From a virus (Duplodnaviria; Caudoviricetes): a DNA stretch of 60,106 bases. Location: positions 1-60,106 of IMG/VR virus record IMGVR_UViG_3300046170_000227, one strand, 5' to 3'. The position numbers were made by a program, and so were the translations under genes. Shown here piece by piece: positions 21,801 through 34,816 of this stretch. Under the pieces are notes generated by a model. The model saw nothing but the letters and a program-made list of their open reading frames with translations, was not told the origin of the DNA and ran no database searches. Position 1 is the first letter of the stretch; each line of letters opens with the position of its first letter.

Positions 21801-23079
21801 TTTAACTGGTGTAACTATGGAAGAGATAGAAGCATATAAAAGAAGTCTATCTGCACCATGGGAAAAGAGAGCACAGATTATACCTATTAATAAATGGAAA
21901 GAAGGGGTAGGTAAAGCAATTAACTTTTCATACTTTAGTCCATATGATGTAGTAACAAAACCAATAGAAGCTGTATTTAAACAATGGCAAGAAGGAACTA
22001 TTAAAGGACAAGACATAGGAGACAAATTACTTGCTCAAGCATTTAATCAAGATGGACCTTTAAGAACTTTATTAGATCCATTCATTACTCAGTCAATTGC
22101 ACTTGAAAGATTTACAGATGTATTACCTGCAGAAATAGGTTTAGGTAATAGAGGTGGTATTACAAAAACAGGATCTAAAGTGTATTCAGAAACAGATAGT
22201 AGTGGTGACAAGATAGCAAAAAGTTTTGTGCATGTATTAAAAGGTATAGAACCGGGAGCACTTACAACAGGAAGAAAATTAGTACAAGGTTTACAGGGTG
22301 ATGTAAAAAGAGGTGGTCAACCTGTATCCCTACAAGATGAAATACTTGCATTGTTATCAGGTATTAGAATTATCAATATTGATGCACCACGAACCATGCA
22401 ATATAAAATTACAGAATACAACAATAACAAAAGATCTGTTACAGCTACAGAAAAATTTTTTAGTTTAGAAAACTTTAGACAAAGAGGTCCAGAAGTTTTA
22501 GCGGATGAGTTTAAAGACATACAAGAAGAAAATTTAAGAGTAAACAAAGACTTCTATCAAGTATTAGAAGATGCTCAAAGTATGGGTGTACCAAAACAGA
22601 AATTAAAAAGAATAATGAAAGAAAGAGGTATTTCTTCTAAAAACTCTAATAAACTTTTAAGAGGAGTTAATATACCTTACTCAGGTTATGATGGTCGTAT
22701 GAAAAAAAGAATTACAGATGCTAGAAAATTATCTAAAGAATTAAATGAAGGATCTATTAATAGAAACTATTTTTACCCTAGAAGATTATTTAAACAAATA
22801 GAAAGAGAATACAAAAGAAAAAGTATTAAACCTATTGAACCAGGTCCAGGTTTGATTGAAAGAGGTATAAGTGGTGCACAAGATTTATTTGGTAGCATAC
22901 CTCAACAAGACACAACAGTTCAACAAGCTAATATACAAACACCACCATTACCAAATACGCCTATGCCAATAACACCAAAAATAGCGACAAATATAAACTC
23001 AAATACTAACTTGACACAAACAGAGAGTGCATTACTATCTCCAAGTGAACAATTAATAAGACAAAGGTCTAGAACATAA
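18873..23079 (+). CDS. Large internal virion/ejectosome-like protein (~1400 aa; frameshift near 21630)
   Basis: ORFs 18873..21707 and 21532..23079 join as LPFGNF-VSFPAEMIRT. Confidence 0.65.
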
Positions 23080-23158
23080 TGATAAACAAATTTAAAAGTT
23101 TGGGCGGTATGATAGGCAAGTCCTATCGGGTTTCTATTGTAGCGGGGGTTACAATATA

Positions 23159-23335
23159 ATGGCTAAAAGATCTGCATCTGAGAGAATTGATTCTCATGAA
23201 AAGCTATGTAAGATTATGCAGAAACAAACTTTTACAGAAATTAGAGAAATAAAAGATAGAATATTAAGGTTAGAAAAAATGATATTGGGTGCAGCTGGTG
23301 CAGTTATAATTGCATTACTAATTAATAATATATAA
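23159..23335 (+). CDS. Small coiled-coil protein with C-terminal membrane segment (lysis-associated candidate)
   Basis: Manually translated 58 aa ending ILGAAGAVIIALLINNI; directly before the endolysin. Confidence 0.5.
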   Translation: MAKRSASERIDSHEKLCKIMQKQTFTEIREIKDRILRLEKMILGAAGAVIIALLINNI

Positions 23336-23337
23336 AA

Positions 23338-23814
23338 ATGGAACTTACACGAAACTTTACTCTTCAAGAGCTTATCAAATCAGACACTGCTATACGTAAA
23401 GGTATTAATAATAATCCTAACGCAGAACAAATAGAAAAATTAAAATTACTTTGTGAAAAAATTTTACAACCGGTAAGAGATCATTTCGGTAGAGTCAAAG
23501 TCACATCAGGGTTCCGTTCTCCTCAGCTTTGTCAAGCCATCGGTAGTTCGATCAACAGCCAGCACTCACGTGCGGAAGCGGCAGACTTCGAATGTGTTGG
23601 AGTAGACAATGCTGAACTTGCAGATTGGATACATAGAGAATTAGAATGGGATCAGCTGATCGTTGAGTACTACGTACCTGGAGAACCTAACTCGGGGTGG
23701 ATACATTGTAGTATAACAGAAGGCACACCAAGAAAACAATTTCTACATGCATATAGAGAAGAGAATAAAACTAAGTACAAACCTATTTTAGGTAAAGCAA
23801 AAGATATACTTTAA
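23338..23814 (+). CDS. Endolysin, peptidase M15 family
   Basis: SGFRS, SQH..AEAAD and WIH zinc-peptidase motifs. Confidence 0.85.
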   Translation: MELTRNFTLQELIKSDTAIRKGINNNPNAEQIEKLKLLCEKILQPVRDHFGRVKVTSGFRSPQLCQAIGSSINSQHSRAEAADFECVGVDNAELADWIHRELEWDQLIVEYYVPGEPNSGWIHCSITEGTPRKQFLHAYREENKTKYKPILGKAKDIL

Positions 23815-25242
23815 ATCCAATCTTTTAATTCTTCACCCATAACTTCAGATGCAATATTTATTTTATCTCTTAAAGCCTTCACAATCTTCTCGTCGATCGT
23901 GTCCTCGCAAATCAGATCGATATAAGTCACTGTTTTCTTTTGTCCTATTCTGTGTGCTCTGTCTTCTGATTGGAGTCTCTTTTCTAGATCATAGCCATTA
24001 GAATAATAGATAACAGTATTAGCTTGCGTAAGAGTAATACCATAGCCACCTGTTTGAGGTGTACCTATAATAAATCTACACTTAGGATCGTTTTGAAACT
24101 TACGAATATAGTCTTGTCTATCTTCTTGAGGAGTTAGACCATAGTAATGAACATATGAATCTGGACCATAGACTTTAATTATCTTCTGTATAATCTCACC
24201 TACACTTAATTGATAGTTGGCCCATATAATAACTTTACCTTCCGTATCTTCTAGTATGGACATCAATTCATTAAGTCTATTGCTTTCAACTTGTTGTGTA
24301 GGTCCCATCATCAGCGGTTACATAACCACATGTAATTTGATGTAGTCTCATTAATTGAGTTAACACAGTCATAGTAGTTGTAACTTTACCGTTAAGCACA
24401 GCAAGAGCTTGATCTTTCATTTGTTTATAAATTCTTTGTTGATCAGCTGTCAATGCTATATGACGTTTAATAAATACTTTAGGGGGTAAATCTAAACAAT
24501 CTTCTTTTAATACTCTGTATGAGAATTGTTTTACTGTATCCGATAACTCACCTAAGTTTTGAAACTTATCTACTACTTGAATAGAACGTCCGTGTACATG
24601 CATCGTTTTCATTTCAGCATAACGATTACGAAACGCGTAGTAAGAACTAAAGTCCAATAACCACGGATCAAGGAACTCGCACTGTGTATATAAGTCCAGA
24701 GGGTTTTTTGTAATAGGAGAACCGGTCATGATTCTTTTATACTTAGCGTTTACTCCCATCTTAATAATATTTTTAGTACGTCTAGCAGTAGGAGTTTTGA
24801 TTGTAGTAGACTCATCTATTGCCATCAAAGTTTTGTGAGAGTTAATAAATTTGGTTGCAAACTTAACACCTTTGTCTGTTGATAAAGCTTCAACATTCAT
24901 AACTAAAATATGTAATGCACTATCTATTTCAAATAAAGAATCTAATTTTTCTTGTTGTGTTTTTGTAATATTTGGTTGCCACAATACAGACACATTTTCT
25001 ATATGGTCAGGTAAGTGTGTAGGAAGTTCTTGTTCATACCAAGTTTTAACAACACCTTTAGGTGCAATAATTAAAGCACCATCTATCTTGCCTTTGTCAT
25101 ATAACATAGCAAGGTTGTCTATTAATACTTTTGTTTTACCTGTACCCATCTCCATAAAATAAGCAAAGTTTTCTTTGTTCCACGATTTTTCCAATGCAGT
25201 TAATTGATGTGCATAGGGTTTAGTTTTAAATTTATAATTCAT
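23811..25242 (-). CDS. SNF2-family helicase (frameshift near 24300)
   Basis: MEMGTGKT, DEST, TGSP, GGYGITL, QSEDRAHRIGQ. Confidence 0.9.
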
Positions 25243-25263
25243 AATTTTTTTTCTTCTTTCTAG

Positions 25264-25300
25264 TTGACATTAATATAAACATGTTTATATAGTTTGTCAA
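25264..25300. promoter_or_regulatory. Overlapping divergent sigma70-type promoters around an 18-bp palindrome
   Basis: +: TTGACA(25264)-N18-TATAGT. -: TTGACA(25300)-N17-TATATT. Centre ATATAAACATGTTTATAT at 25273-25290. Confidence 0.7.
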
Positions 25301-25668
25301 TGTCAGAAAGAAAAGTTTATGTAATACAAGAGATACCAGGTAGCCAAGCAGGCAGCCCTAAAATAAATATTATGGGTGCAGCCTCTTATTCTACTTCAGG
25401 TAAATTTAATTTTTTATTACCAGAGTTTTCTCAAATGATTTTTTCTCCTGGTCCATTAATTTTTAAATTAAGAAAAGGTTTAAGAAATTATACATCAGAA
25501 GATTATTTATTATTAACAGGAGATCCTGCAATCATTGGTGTTGCATGTTCTATTGTATCTGATATTACAAACGGCAAATACAATGTATTGAAGTGGGATA
25601 AACAAGAAAGAAAATATTATCCTATTGAGATTAATCTATACGAGAAAGGAGAAATAGATGACAATTAA
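25300..25668 (+). CDS. Hypothetical replication-module protein
   Basis: ATG 25300; DYLLLTGDP motif; first gene of the replication operon. Confidence 0.6.
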   Translation: MSERKVYVIQEIPGSQAGSPKINIMGAASYSTSGKFNFLLPEFSQMIFSPGPLIFKLRKGLRNYTSEDYLLLTGDPAIIGVACSIVSDITNGKYNVLKWDKQERKYYPIEINLYEKGEIDDN

Positions 25669-26209
25669 TTTTGAACAAGACCAACAAGATGCAATGAGTA
25701 AAACTGAAAACATTCAGTCTCTTGCAGATCAAGTAGAAATGTTAGAGGGGTTGCACAAAAGAATAGAAGCAAGTGAAAATAACATTAAAGATTTAAAAAA
25801 AGAATACCAACGTATATCAGGTGAGGTTATACCGACCATGATGTCCGAGATGGGTTTAGCAGAATTAAAACTTCAAGATGGATCACATCTTAAAGTTTCA
25901 ACGACGTATCGTGCTACTATTACAGAAGCAAATAAAGAGACGGCGTTTAACTGGCTTCGAGACAATGGACTAGGTGATATTATTAAGAACGAGATCTTGG
26001 TATCATTTGGTCGTAACGAAGATAACAAGGCAGCATCATATGCTGAACTTGCGAAGGGTCAAGGGTTTCAACCGACACAAAAGATGAAGGTTGAGCCCAT
26101 GACTCTGAAAGCGCTAGTCCGTGAGCGTATTGAGGCAGGTAAAGAAATGCCAACGGAAATCTTTGGGGTATTCTCAGAGAATAAGACAACAATAAAAAGG
26201 AACAAATAA
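25658..26209 (+). CDS. Hypothetical replication-module protein
   Basis: 183 aa, coiled-coil N-terminus, AFNWLRDNGLGDIIKN, TLKALVRE. Confidence 0.65.
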   Translation: MTINFEQDQQDAMSKTENIQSLADQVEMLEGLHKRIEASENNIKDLKKEYQRISGEVIPTMMSEMGLAELKLQDGSHLKVSTTYRATITEANKETAFNWLRDNGLGDIIKNEILVSFGRNEDNKAASYAELAKGQGFQPTQKMKVEPMTLKALVRERIEAGKEMPTEIFGVFSENKTTIKRNK

Positions 26210-26211
26210 AC

Positions 26212-26965
26212 ATGAACCAAGTAGCAGAAAAAAAGAATAAGCGCATTAGCAACATTTGATATGGAAGCTGATGCAGCACAAGGCGCTCAAAATATATCGC
26301 AAGAAGATCTTGCGTTACCATTCTTAAAAATTTTGGGACAACTATCTCCAGAGGTAAACAAAAGAGATGGTAAATATGTCGATGGTGCAGAACCAGGCAA
26401 AATAATAAATACTGTAACTAATGAATTGTATGACACTTTAAATGTTGTACCATGTCATTACAAAAGACAGTACATCGAATGGCAAGACAGAGGTACCAGT
26501 ACAGGTGCACCTGTTGCAATGCACGAGGCAGACAGTGACATTGTAAGTCAGACGACTAGAGGTAAAGATTATAAAGACAGATTACCAAACGGTAACTATC
26601 TTGATAACACAGCTAGTCACTTTGTATTGACTCTTGGAAATACTCCACAAACAGCTTTGATTTCTATGAAATCTACTCAACTTAAAGTTAGTAGAAAATG
26701 GAACTCAATGATGATGGGTATCAAGATGCAAGGTAAAAACGGTCTATTTACACCGCCAACTTATAGCCACATTTATAAACTATCAACCGTTCAGATGTCT
26801 AATGACAAAGGAACATGGTTTGGTTGGGATGTAGCTAAAGTTAGTCCTGTAGAAGATAAAGCTGTATATGATATGGCAAAATCTTTTGCAGAATCAGTGG
26901 GTAAAGGTGAGATTGAAGCAAAACCTGAAACTCAGGAACAGACTAAAAAATCTTTAAATTTATAG
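26212..26965 (+). CDS. Putative single-stranded DNA-binding protein (frameshift near 26240)
   Basis: DLALPFLKILGQLSPE, SMKSTQLK.SRKWNS, KGTW.GW; position between helicase and primase. Confidence 0.55.
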
Positions 26966-26975
26966 TATCCTAGGT

Positions 26976-27012
26976 AGTGGGCGTCTAAGCGAGAGTGGCA
27001 ACGCCCACTTTT
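26976..27012 (+). terminator. Intrinsic terminator-like hairpin
   Basis: AGTGGGCGT/ACGCCCACT stem followed by a T tract. Confidence 0.6.
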
Positions 27013-27017
27013 AATTT

Positions 27018-28472
27018 ATGAATGAAAAGATAAATAAAATTCCGATTAATTATGAAGATTGGCTTGATCTTGGTCACGTGATAATACCCACTGATCAAAA
27101 AAAAGCTAGGGTCAGTTGGAAGAAAGATGATTTTAGTTTAACGAAAGAAGAATGGAAAAACAATTATTCAAAAGCACAAATAGCACTAAGATTAGATAGT
27201 CATATTGATTTAGATATAGACAATCCTGTAGTTAGAAGATTTATAACACACTATTTAAAAGACTGTGGAGCAATTTATGGAAGAAGAAATAACCCTAATA
27301 GTCACTATCTTTGGAAAGGGTCTTGTGAATTTATACAATACATATTACCAAAAAGTTTTGAAAAAAATTTTAAAAAGTTTCCACATGGTGCAACTCTTTG
27401 CGAATTAAGAAGTGGCAAAGAACGGTATACTATCGTTCCAGAATCTCCTTATGATGACAATGGTGAAACAGTTGAGTGGTCTAACTACAATGAGATACAC
27501 GAGTACATCGGTAACGTAGTTGTAGATGTTAGTAAGATTGCTTTGTCAACTGCTCTTACAATTATATATCCTTCTACAGGTTCTAGAGATATTTATTGTA
27601 CAGGCCATAGCTGGAATTTTAATTAAAAACACAGACTGGACAACAGAACAAATAGATAGCTTTGTTTACAACATTGCTATTGAAGCGAACGATACCTGAA
27701 CCCGAAGAACGTAAACAAAAAGGTACGACAGGAAAAAAGGGAGATAAGCTTTATGGTATTCCAAAATTAGCAGAAGTTTTAAATGTAGATAAAAAAGATG
27801 TTGCAAAATTATTTAGTTGGATTGGTGTTAAAAACAATAGTGAAGAAATACAAGAACACATAGGTGATATAGTTGAATACGGTAGCGATAGGTATTTTGT
27901 AAAAATTTATTTATTAGAAGACGGAAAGAAAATAGAAAAAGACATAACTGTGGAAGGTCCACATTTAATGAAAAAGAAAATTTTTTATGATGAAGTAATG
28001 AAACAAGCAGCGGTCTTTTTACCTTTTATGAAAGAACTTGATTTTGATAAAATGATGATGGCAAAATTTCAAGCCAGAACAAAATCACAAGATTATGATC
28101 CTGAGTCTAGCGAAGATGTAAGATTTATAGGATGGTTTGAATCTTTTATTGATAAGTACAAAGCTTATACAGATAAGAAAGAATTAGCAGATTTTAGTAT
28201 GCCTTATTTTAATATGAAAAATAATAGTTTAGGAATTTAATTTAAATAAATTTGATGAGTTTTTAGCTGAAAAAAGAGTAACTTTAGCAAGAGTAGATCT
28301 TGTTTTAAAATGCAAACGTATTTTAAGAGCTAAAAGATATAGAGGAAAATACAAAGAACAGTCTTGCCCTTCTTATAAAATAGATAACTATAATATAAAC
28401 AAGGATCATTTGATCATAGAAGGAGAAGCACAAGAAATAGAGGAAAGGGTAATAACTCATGAAACAACCTAA
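27018..28472 (+). CDS. Prim-Pol (AEP-type) primase (frameshifts ~27600, ~27690, ~28230)
   Basis: DLDID, SHYLW, ELR...YTIVPES motifs; fragments 27018 and 27662 plus a third frame to TAA 28472. Confidence 0.7.
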
Positions 28473-30040
28473 ATTTGTATCTGGTCCTCCAGGTACAGGA
28501 AAAACTCATTTATTTTTAATAGATAAATATAAAGAATTATTAAAAAACTATGAACCAGAAAAAATAATAATGTTATCGCACACAAATGTAGCTGCAGATG
28601 AATTAAAAGATGCTGTCTTAGATTTACCAGAAATGAAAGAAAGAGGTTTAAGAAAAAAATTTTTTAAATATAAAATATGCACGAATACATTCTTTTTGTA
28701 AAAGCAAGTTATTAAAAAAAGAATTAAGAACGTATGCAGATTACCTTAACTTGTGTACAGAAAATAGTGGTTTTAAAGCACAAAGAGTAACTCAATCAGA
28801 ATTTGATAATGACAAACATAAATTTTTTAAATTTCTTGGAGATGCTTTTGGACAAGGAAGAACAATCAAAGAGCATTGGAATTCTTTAAGAGAGACTAGC
28901 TCTAACTACTATCCTTATAATAACTTTAAAATGATTAGTGAAATGAAAGAAGTTTACGATAATTATAAAAAAGTTAATCAAGTATGCGATTATGATGACA
29001 TGATAAAAGATTTTATAGATCACGCAGTTACTCCAGACATAGATGTTTTAATAGTGGATGAGGCTCAAGATAGTAATATACCTCAGTTAAAAGCTTTAGA
29101 AAAAATGTCTACAAATGTAAAAGAATATTACATGGTAGGAGATGCGGATCAAACTATCTTTGAATTTGCTGGTGCTAATGCAGATTATTTTCATAAACTT
29201 TCTAAAGATGCAGAACAATTAAAACAAGGTTTAAGATGCGGAGAAACAATAAATACATTATGTAAAGAAATAATAAAACCTATATGGGACCATTATGGAT
29301 ATGAAAGAGTTTGGAAACCTGCAAAAAATATTATTGGAACACATTACTATTTACCAAGTCTTACCACAGACTGTTCGGCTATGGAAACTTTATTAGACAA
29401 AATAAAAAATACTAAAGAAACTTTTTTATTTACTTATAGAGGAACGCCTTCTGGAAAATGGGCAAGATCTTTTTTACACTATCACGGGATAGAGTTTTGT
29501 CATGTAGGTAGTGACCCTTATGTTTCTAAAAAAGAAATAAGATGTCATAAAACATGGCCAGAATTTGTAAAAGGAAAACAAATGCCTTTAAAACAGATAA
29601 AAGAATTTTGGAATTATATGGGTCAACAAGTTATTGTAAGAGGAAAAGGAGAAGCAACTTTTGAAGATTGGATAAACAAAGATTATTCTATCCAGGAGTT
29701 AATAGAAAAAAAATATTTACGTGCAGAAAGCCTTGATTTTACTGACTTTTATCACACAAGGATTAAATCAAAAACAAATGAAGAAAAAATTATGTACATA
29801 AATAATTTAATAAGAGATGGAGTGGACACAGAAGGAGAGGCAAGAGTTTATTATGGAAACATACATAAAGTAAAAGGACAGACTTACGATAATGTAATAG
29901 TCGATGAAACTTGTACTAGACGAGAAGACTATTTTACTCAACTGCGATTAAAATACGTAGCATACAGTAGAGGTAGGGTAGATTGTTGGACTGTAGCATC
30001 ACAAGATAGATACACATTAGGGAGAAAATATGACAGATAA
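28459..30040 (+). CDS. UvrD/Rep-like SF1 helicase (frameshift near 28680)
   Basis: GPPGTGKT, VDEAQD, GDADQTIF, HKVKG, YVAYSR. Confidence 0.85.
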
Positions 30041-30272
30041 ATCTATATTTAAAGGAATGGGTTATAAATCACTAGACAAGCAACACGGCGGGAATCACTA
30101 CAAACAATTTAGCATACAACCTGCAGAATTTATAAATGAAAATAAATTTTTATTTGCAGAAGGAAACGCTATAAAGTATATTTGTAGACATTCTATGAAA
30201 GGAAAAGAAGAAGATATTAAGAAAGCAATACACTATTTAGAAATGATATTAGAGAGGGATTATAATGTGTAA
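30030..30272 (+). CDS. DUF3310-like protein
   Basis: GGNHY...GNAIKY..R...K...EDIKKA.HYL. Confidence 0.75.
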   Translation: MTDKSIFKGMGYKSLDKQHGGNHYKQFSIQPAEFINENKFLFAEGNAIKYICRHSMKGKEEDIKKAIHYLEMILERDYNV

Positions 30273-32284
30273 GACACCAGAAGATTTAGATTTAGAACGG
30301 TATAGATACAGTTGCAGTTGACTTAGAAACTTACGACCCTAATTTAAAAACAAAAGGTTTAGGTGCTATAAGAGGAGATGGTTTTGTATGTGGAGTTGCA
30401 GTTGCAACAGGTAGAGACACTGTTTATTTTCCAATTAATCATTCAGATACAAATTTATCTTTAGATAAAAAAATTAAATTATGGGAAGCTTTAGATGAAA
30501 AATTATTTCAAAATGAAAAAATAACAAAAGTATTTCACAATGCAATGTACGATGTATGTTGGATTAGAGCTGTGACAGGTAAAAAAATGAAAGGTCGAAT
30601 TGTTGACACAATGATTGCAGGTTCTGTAATTGATGAAAATAGATTTAAATACTCATTAGATTCTTTATCTAAAGATTATAAAATTGGATCTAAGTATCAA
30701 TATGATTTACAACAGAAAACTTTAGAATGGTCTAAAGGAACAATTAAAGATCCGATGACTAATATGCATAAGTTACCTGCATCTATTGTAAAAGATTATG
30801 CCAAGCAAGACGTTGATTTAACTTTTAAGTTATGGAAAATGTTCAATGAAAAATTTGACGAAATATTATACACTAAATACAAAGAAGATAAAAATGGAAA
30901 AAGAATAAAAGATAAAAATGGAAAAGATATTATTATCGAAGAAAAAACAAGTAGAAATATTTTTGAATTAGAAACAAAATTATTTCCTTGTTTAGGTTGA
31001 CATGAAATTTAAAGGCGTTAAAATTGATGTCGAAAAAGCTAAAGCATTTGGTAAACGTTTAGAAAAAACTAAAAATAATATTATAAATTATATTGCTAGA
31101 AAAACTAACATTCGAGTAGAAATATGGGCAGCCTCTTCAATTAAAGCTTTATTAGATCACGAAAATATTGATGATTATACAAAAACACCTAAATCTGGAA
31201 TGCCACAGCTTCCTAAAAATTATCTATCTACCCATAAAAATAAATATTTAAGACTAATAGCTAAGGCTAGAGAATTAGATAAAGCTAAAAATACTTTCGT
31301 AGATGGTTTATTAGGTTTTGTTCACAACGGAAGAATACATGCAGATATAAATCAAATTAGAGGAGAGCATGGAGGAACGGTTACAGGTAGATTTTCTATG
31401 AGTAACCCTAACCTACAGCAAATTCCTTCTAAAGGTTATATAGGCAAAAAGATGAGAGAATTATTTATTCCTGAAACTGGAAGTGATTGGTATAGTTTTG
31501 ACTATAGTCAACAAGAACCACGTATTGTTGTCCACTATGCTATTAAATTAGGTATGGATGGAACAGATGATTTAAAAGAAGAGTTTGATAAAGAAGATGC
31601 TGATTTTCATCAGATTGTTGCAGACATGGCAAATATACCAAGAAAACAAGCTAAAACAATTAATCTTGGTTTGTTTTATGGTATGGGTAGAATAAAACTA
31701 CAAAAAGAATTAAACTTGGATTCAAAACAAGCTCAAACTTTATTTAATACTTATCATTCTAAAGTCCCTTTTGTAAAACAATTATCTAAAGATTTATCAG
31801 ATTTTGCAAGTGAAGAAGGATTGTTGTTTACGGTAGCAGATAGGTTCTGTCGATTTGATAAATGGGAAACTAGAGACAAAGAATGGAACCCTGAGACCAA
31901 TCGTTTTACTGAAGTAAAACTTCACGCCAAAAAAGAAGATGCCATTGATGCTTATAAATTAGAACAAATGGAAAAATACGATAAATATATAGATCCTACT
32001 TGTGAGCATTTTGAAAAACATTATACTAGAGCATTTACATACAAAGCATTAAATAGACTGATACAGGGATCAGCTGCAGATATGACAAAAAAGGCAATGG
32101 TCTTGTTATATGAAAAAGGTATAGTTCCTCACATACAGATACACGATGAGCTTTGTGTATCGATCAAGGATCAAGAAACACGGACCACGGTTCAAAAACA
32201 ATGGAGACAGCAATACCTTTAATGGTCAAGAACAAGGTAGACTATGAATCTGGACCAAACTGGGGTAATATAGATGAGGAATAA
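30265..32284 (+). CDS. polA: DNA polymerase family A with 3'-5' exonuclease (frameshifts ~30298, ~30993, ~32200)
   Basis: DLET, HNAMYD, TGRFS..NPNLQQIP, DYSQQEPR, KTINLGLFYGMG, IQGSAAD, QIHDEL. Confidence 0.92.
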
Positions 32285-32286
32285 TT

Positions 32287-32937
32287 ATGGCTTACTTAAA
32301 TGCAAACATACCGGCAACTTATGCACAAATAAGAAGAGAATATTTATATGATTGTAAAAAACATCATGGAGAAGTTGAAGACTGCATTGTCTTTGGTCTT
32401 AGCGCTCTTACAGGTCGTAGCTATATTATTTCATGCTATTATGGAAAACGGTGCAGTATTTTATCGCCTACCAATTAGCGCGTTTATTCAACAGGGATTT
32501 GAACCATCCGGAGTGCCCGCAAGACGACTTGATGAACTACAGCTCTGGAATTGTTTTTCTTATTATCCTTCTGTCCATCGTTGGGATATATTAGACGGAC
32601 AAGCCGGTAAGTATATCGGAAAAGATAAGAAATGGCACCCAGGAAAATATTTATTTACAGTTGACTTTGCACATCCAGACAGTAATATACTTGACACTGA
32701 TCATTCAGAGATTCCGCACGAACACAAGTGCGCTCACATAATTGCCCTCGATGACGGTAATTTTGCAGCACAACCTAACAACAGATGTATATGGGACATA
32801 CCTTCTTTTACTGTAAGGATGAAACTCCTGATTGGAAAGTGCAAACTACTGAATGGAACGTAGAAGATAGTAGAGCATGGCGGACAGAAGATACCGACAA
32901 GTTCTTCTATGAAATCGAGGAGAAAAAAAATGATTGA
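32287..32937 (+). CDS. Hypothetical phage protein (frameshifts ~32420, ~32820)
   Basis: ORFs 32287 and 32348 join; LQLWNCFSY, EHKCAH, QPNNR. Confidence 0.6.
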
Positions 32938-33033
32938 TAAAATAAAAAGTAAAGCTGTGCATTACTGGTCAGAACCACAAGATTGAATGTCTTGTAGTTC
33001 GTAGTTTTGGTTATAGCACTACATAGTTAAGTA

Positions 33034-33345
33034 ATGAATTTAGTAGATTTATTAAAAAAGAATATCGTAATGGTTCCGGTTGTGGCTTCAGTCCTAGTCG
33101 GAACTTTTACTGGTGTTCGTTATATTGTAAATCTTACTGACACTATTAATCAAAACGAATTAAGACTTACTAATCTTGAAAGAGATGTAGGTGTATTAGA
33201 AAAAAATATTACAGATATTAATACAAGACTATCTTCTGCTGAAGCAACATGGCAGATGGCAGAGAATTTATACAGACAATTAGCTGATCAAGTTAGAGAA
33301 CACAGTTATGATATCAAAGATCTCAACAGAGAAATAAATTATTAA
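33034..33345 (+). CDS. Membrane-anchored coiled-coil protein
   Basis: N-terminal hydrophobic helix followed by heptad repeats. Confidence 0.55.
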   Translation: MNLVDLLKKNIVMVPVVASVLVGTFTGVRYIVNLTDTINQNELRLTNLERDVGVLEKNITDINTRLSSAEATWQMAENLYRQLADQVREHSYDIKDLNREINY

Positions 33346-33892
33346 GGTGACCTATGGAGATAGCCAGGATGAATTATTATTTTACAGGTTTGTTGGTTGT
33401 CTTGCTTTGTTTGTTAGCTTGGGTTGGTACCTGCATATCCTAAAAATGAGTATCTCAATAATGGTACTAATACTTGTAGCACTGGTGATCTTAGCTTATC
33501 AGTCGAACAAAGGGACTCGGAGTCTAGGTATAGACACTTTAATCCTGACAATAATTATAATAGCCCTTCTGATGATAGGTCCTTACGTCTGACTTAGAGA
33601 AAATTTTTAGGTTCAGCCTGCACTGATGAATTTAAAGCTGTTCAACAAGAAAATATGGAGCTAAAACAACAGTTAGAGCTCATGAAAATGTGCGGAAAAG
33701 TCAATAAAAACCCCTACTTTGAGCCAATAATCCTAACTTCAAATTGTTAGTTTCTAAATGTTCTGGTATAGTTATTCCCTGATGATAAGATTATTAAACC
33801 TGATGGAAGCTATTGGGATTCAATTAAAGATGATTATAAAAAAGAAAACCCTAACATCAAACTTATGGGCGACAAGTTTATAGGACCAAAAG

Positions 33893-34270
33893 ATGAGTAA
33901 TAAACCATTAAATATCGGAGAAGAGGCAAGAGTACAGATGCCGATGAAGACGGTAGCTAGCCTGATCGTGCTCGTAGCAATGGGCGTGTTTGCGTACACA
34001 GAGCTTACTGCGAGGTTGGTATCGTTAGAGACATCACGTGAGTTGTTTGAAAATGATTTGCTCAAGAAGTCAGAACAAGTGCCCACGGACCAAGAACAAC
34101 ATTTTTTAATTGAGGATTTGTACAAGACCGTCGAGAAGATGGAAGAGACTCAAGAGATGAACATGACTAACAAAGTCAACATAGAATTTTTAAGAGAACA
34201 ATTAGATAAAGCATTAGAAGATATTGAAGGATTGAAAGATAAAGTAAGAGAAAACGGAAAGGCTTACTAA
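33893..34270 (+). CDS. Membrane-anchored coiled-coil protein
   Basis: TVASLIVLVAMGVFAY segment followed by coiled coil. Confidence 0.55.
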   Translation: MSNKPLNIGEEARVQMPMKTVASLIVLVAMGVFAYTELTARLVSLETSRELFENDLLKKSEQVPTDQEQHFLIEDLYKTVEKMEETQEMNMTNKVNIEFLREQLDKALEDIEGLKDKVRENGKAY

Positions 34271-34482
34271 TGACAGAGTTAATTGTAGCCCTACTTATGA
34301 TTGTACACGGAGAGATTAAGGAAGCCCGTATACAACCGACAATGTCAGATTGTTTGAAAGGGAAAGCGCATCGCAAAGCGTGCATCTAAGTCACATATAA
34401 AATATCAATGTATTAAATCAAAAGCAGAATTAGAGAAAAATATAGATGGATCTTTGTCGATAAAAAAGCTAATATTAGAGTA

Positions 34483-34689
34483 ATGAAAGTAACAGCAGAG
34501 ATAGTAAATGGACAATGTCCAACATGTGAAGAGGTCACTATGTTAGTTGGATTGTCTAATGAAATTTATAGATGTTTAAGTTGTGGTTCTGATCTAGTAC
34601 AGCACATCAATGGTAAGATAGTTTACCTACCTTCAATTACTAGAACAAAAGACATGAAACCTTTTGTAAAAGAATGGAAGAATGGCTAG
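34483..34689 (+). CDS. Zinc-ribbon protein
   Basis: CPTC...CLSC. Confidence 0.55.
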   Translation: MKVTAEIVNGQCPTCEEVTMLVGLSNEIYRCLSCGSDLVQHINGKIVYLPSITRTKDMKPFVKEWKNG

Positions 34690-34816
34690 ACAAAGTTTTA
34701 AGTTCTTTACACCTCGTGATAAACCCAAGAAACGTGGACCACGGCAACATAAAAAAAATAAAAATAAGCAAGAAAAGCGCCAAAAATCACAAAAAAGATA
34801 TAAAGGCCAGGGTTGA
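34682..34816 (+). CDS. Very basic 44-aa protein
   Basis: Manually translated MARQSFKFFTPRDKPKKRGPRQHKK...YKGQG*. Confidence 0.45.
   Translation: MARQSFKFFTPRDKPKKRGPRQHKKNKNKQEKRQKSQKRYKGQG

Noticed and set aside
33347-33890. ORF 33347..33592 as listed
   Set aside because: The region looks like one frameshifted secreted-protein gene (MNYYFTGLLVV...); boundaries could not be fixed reliably.
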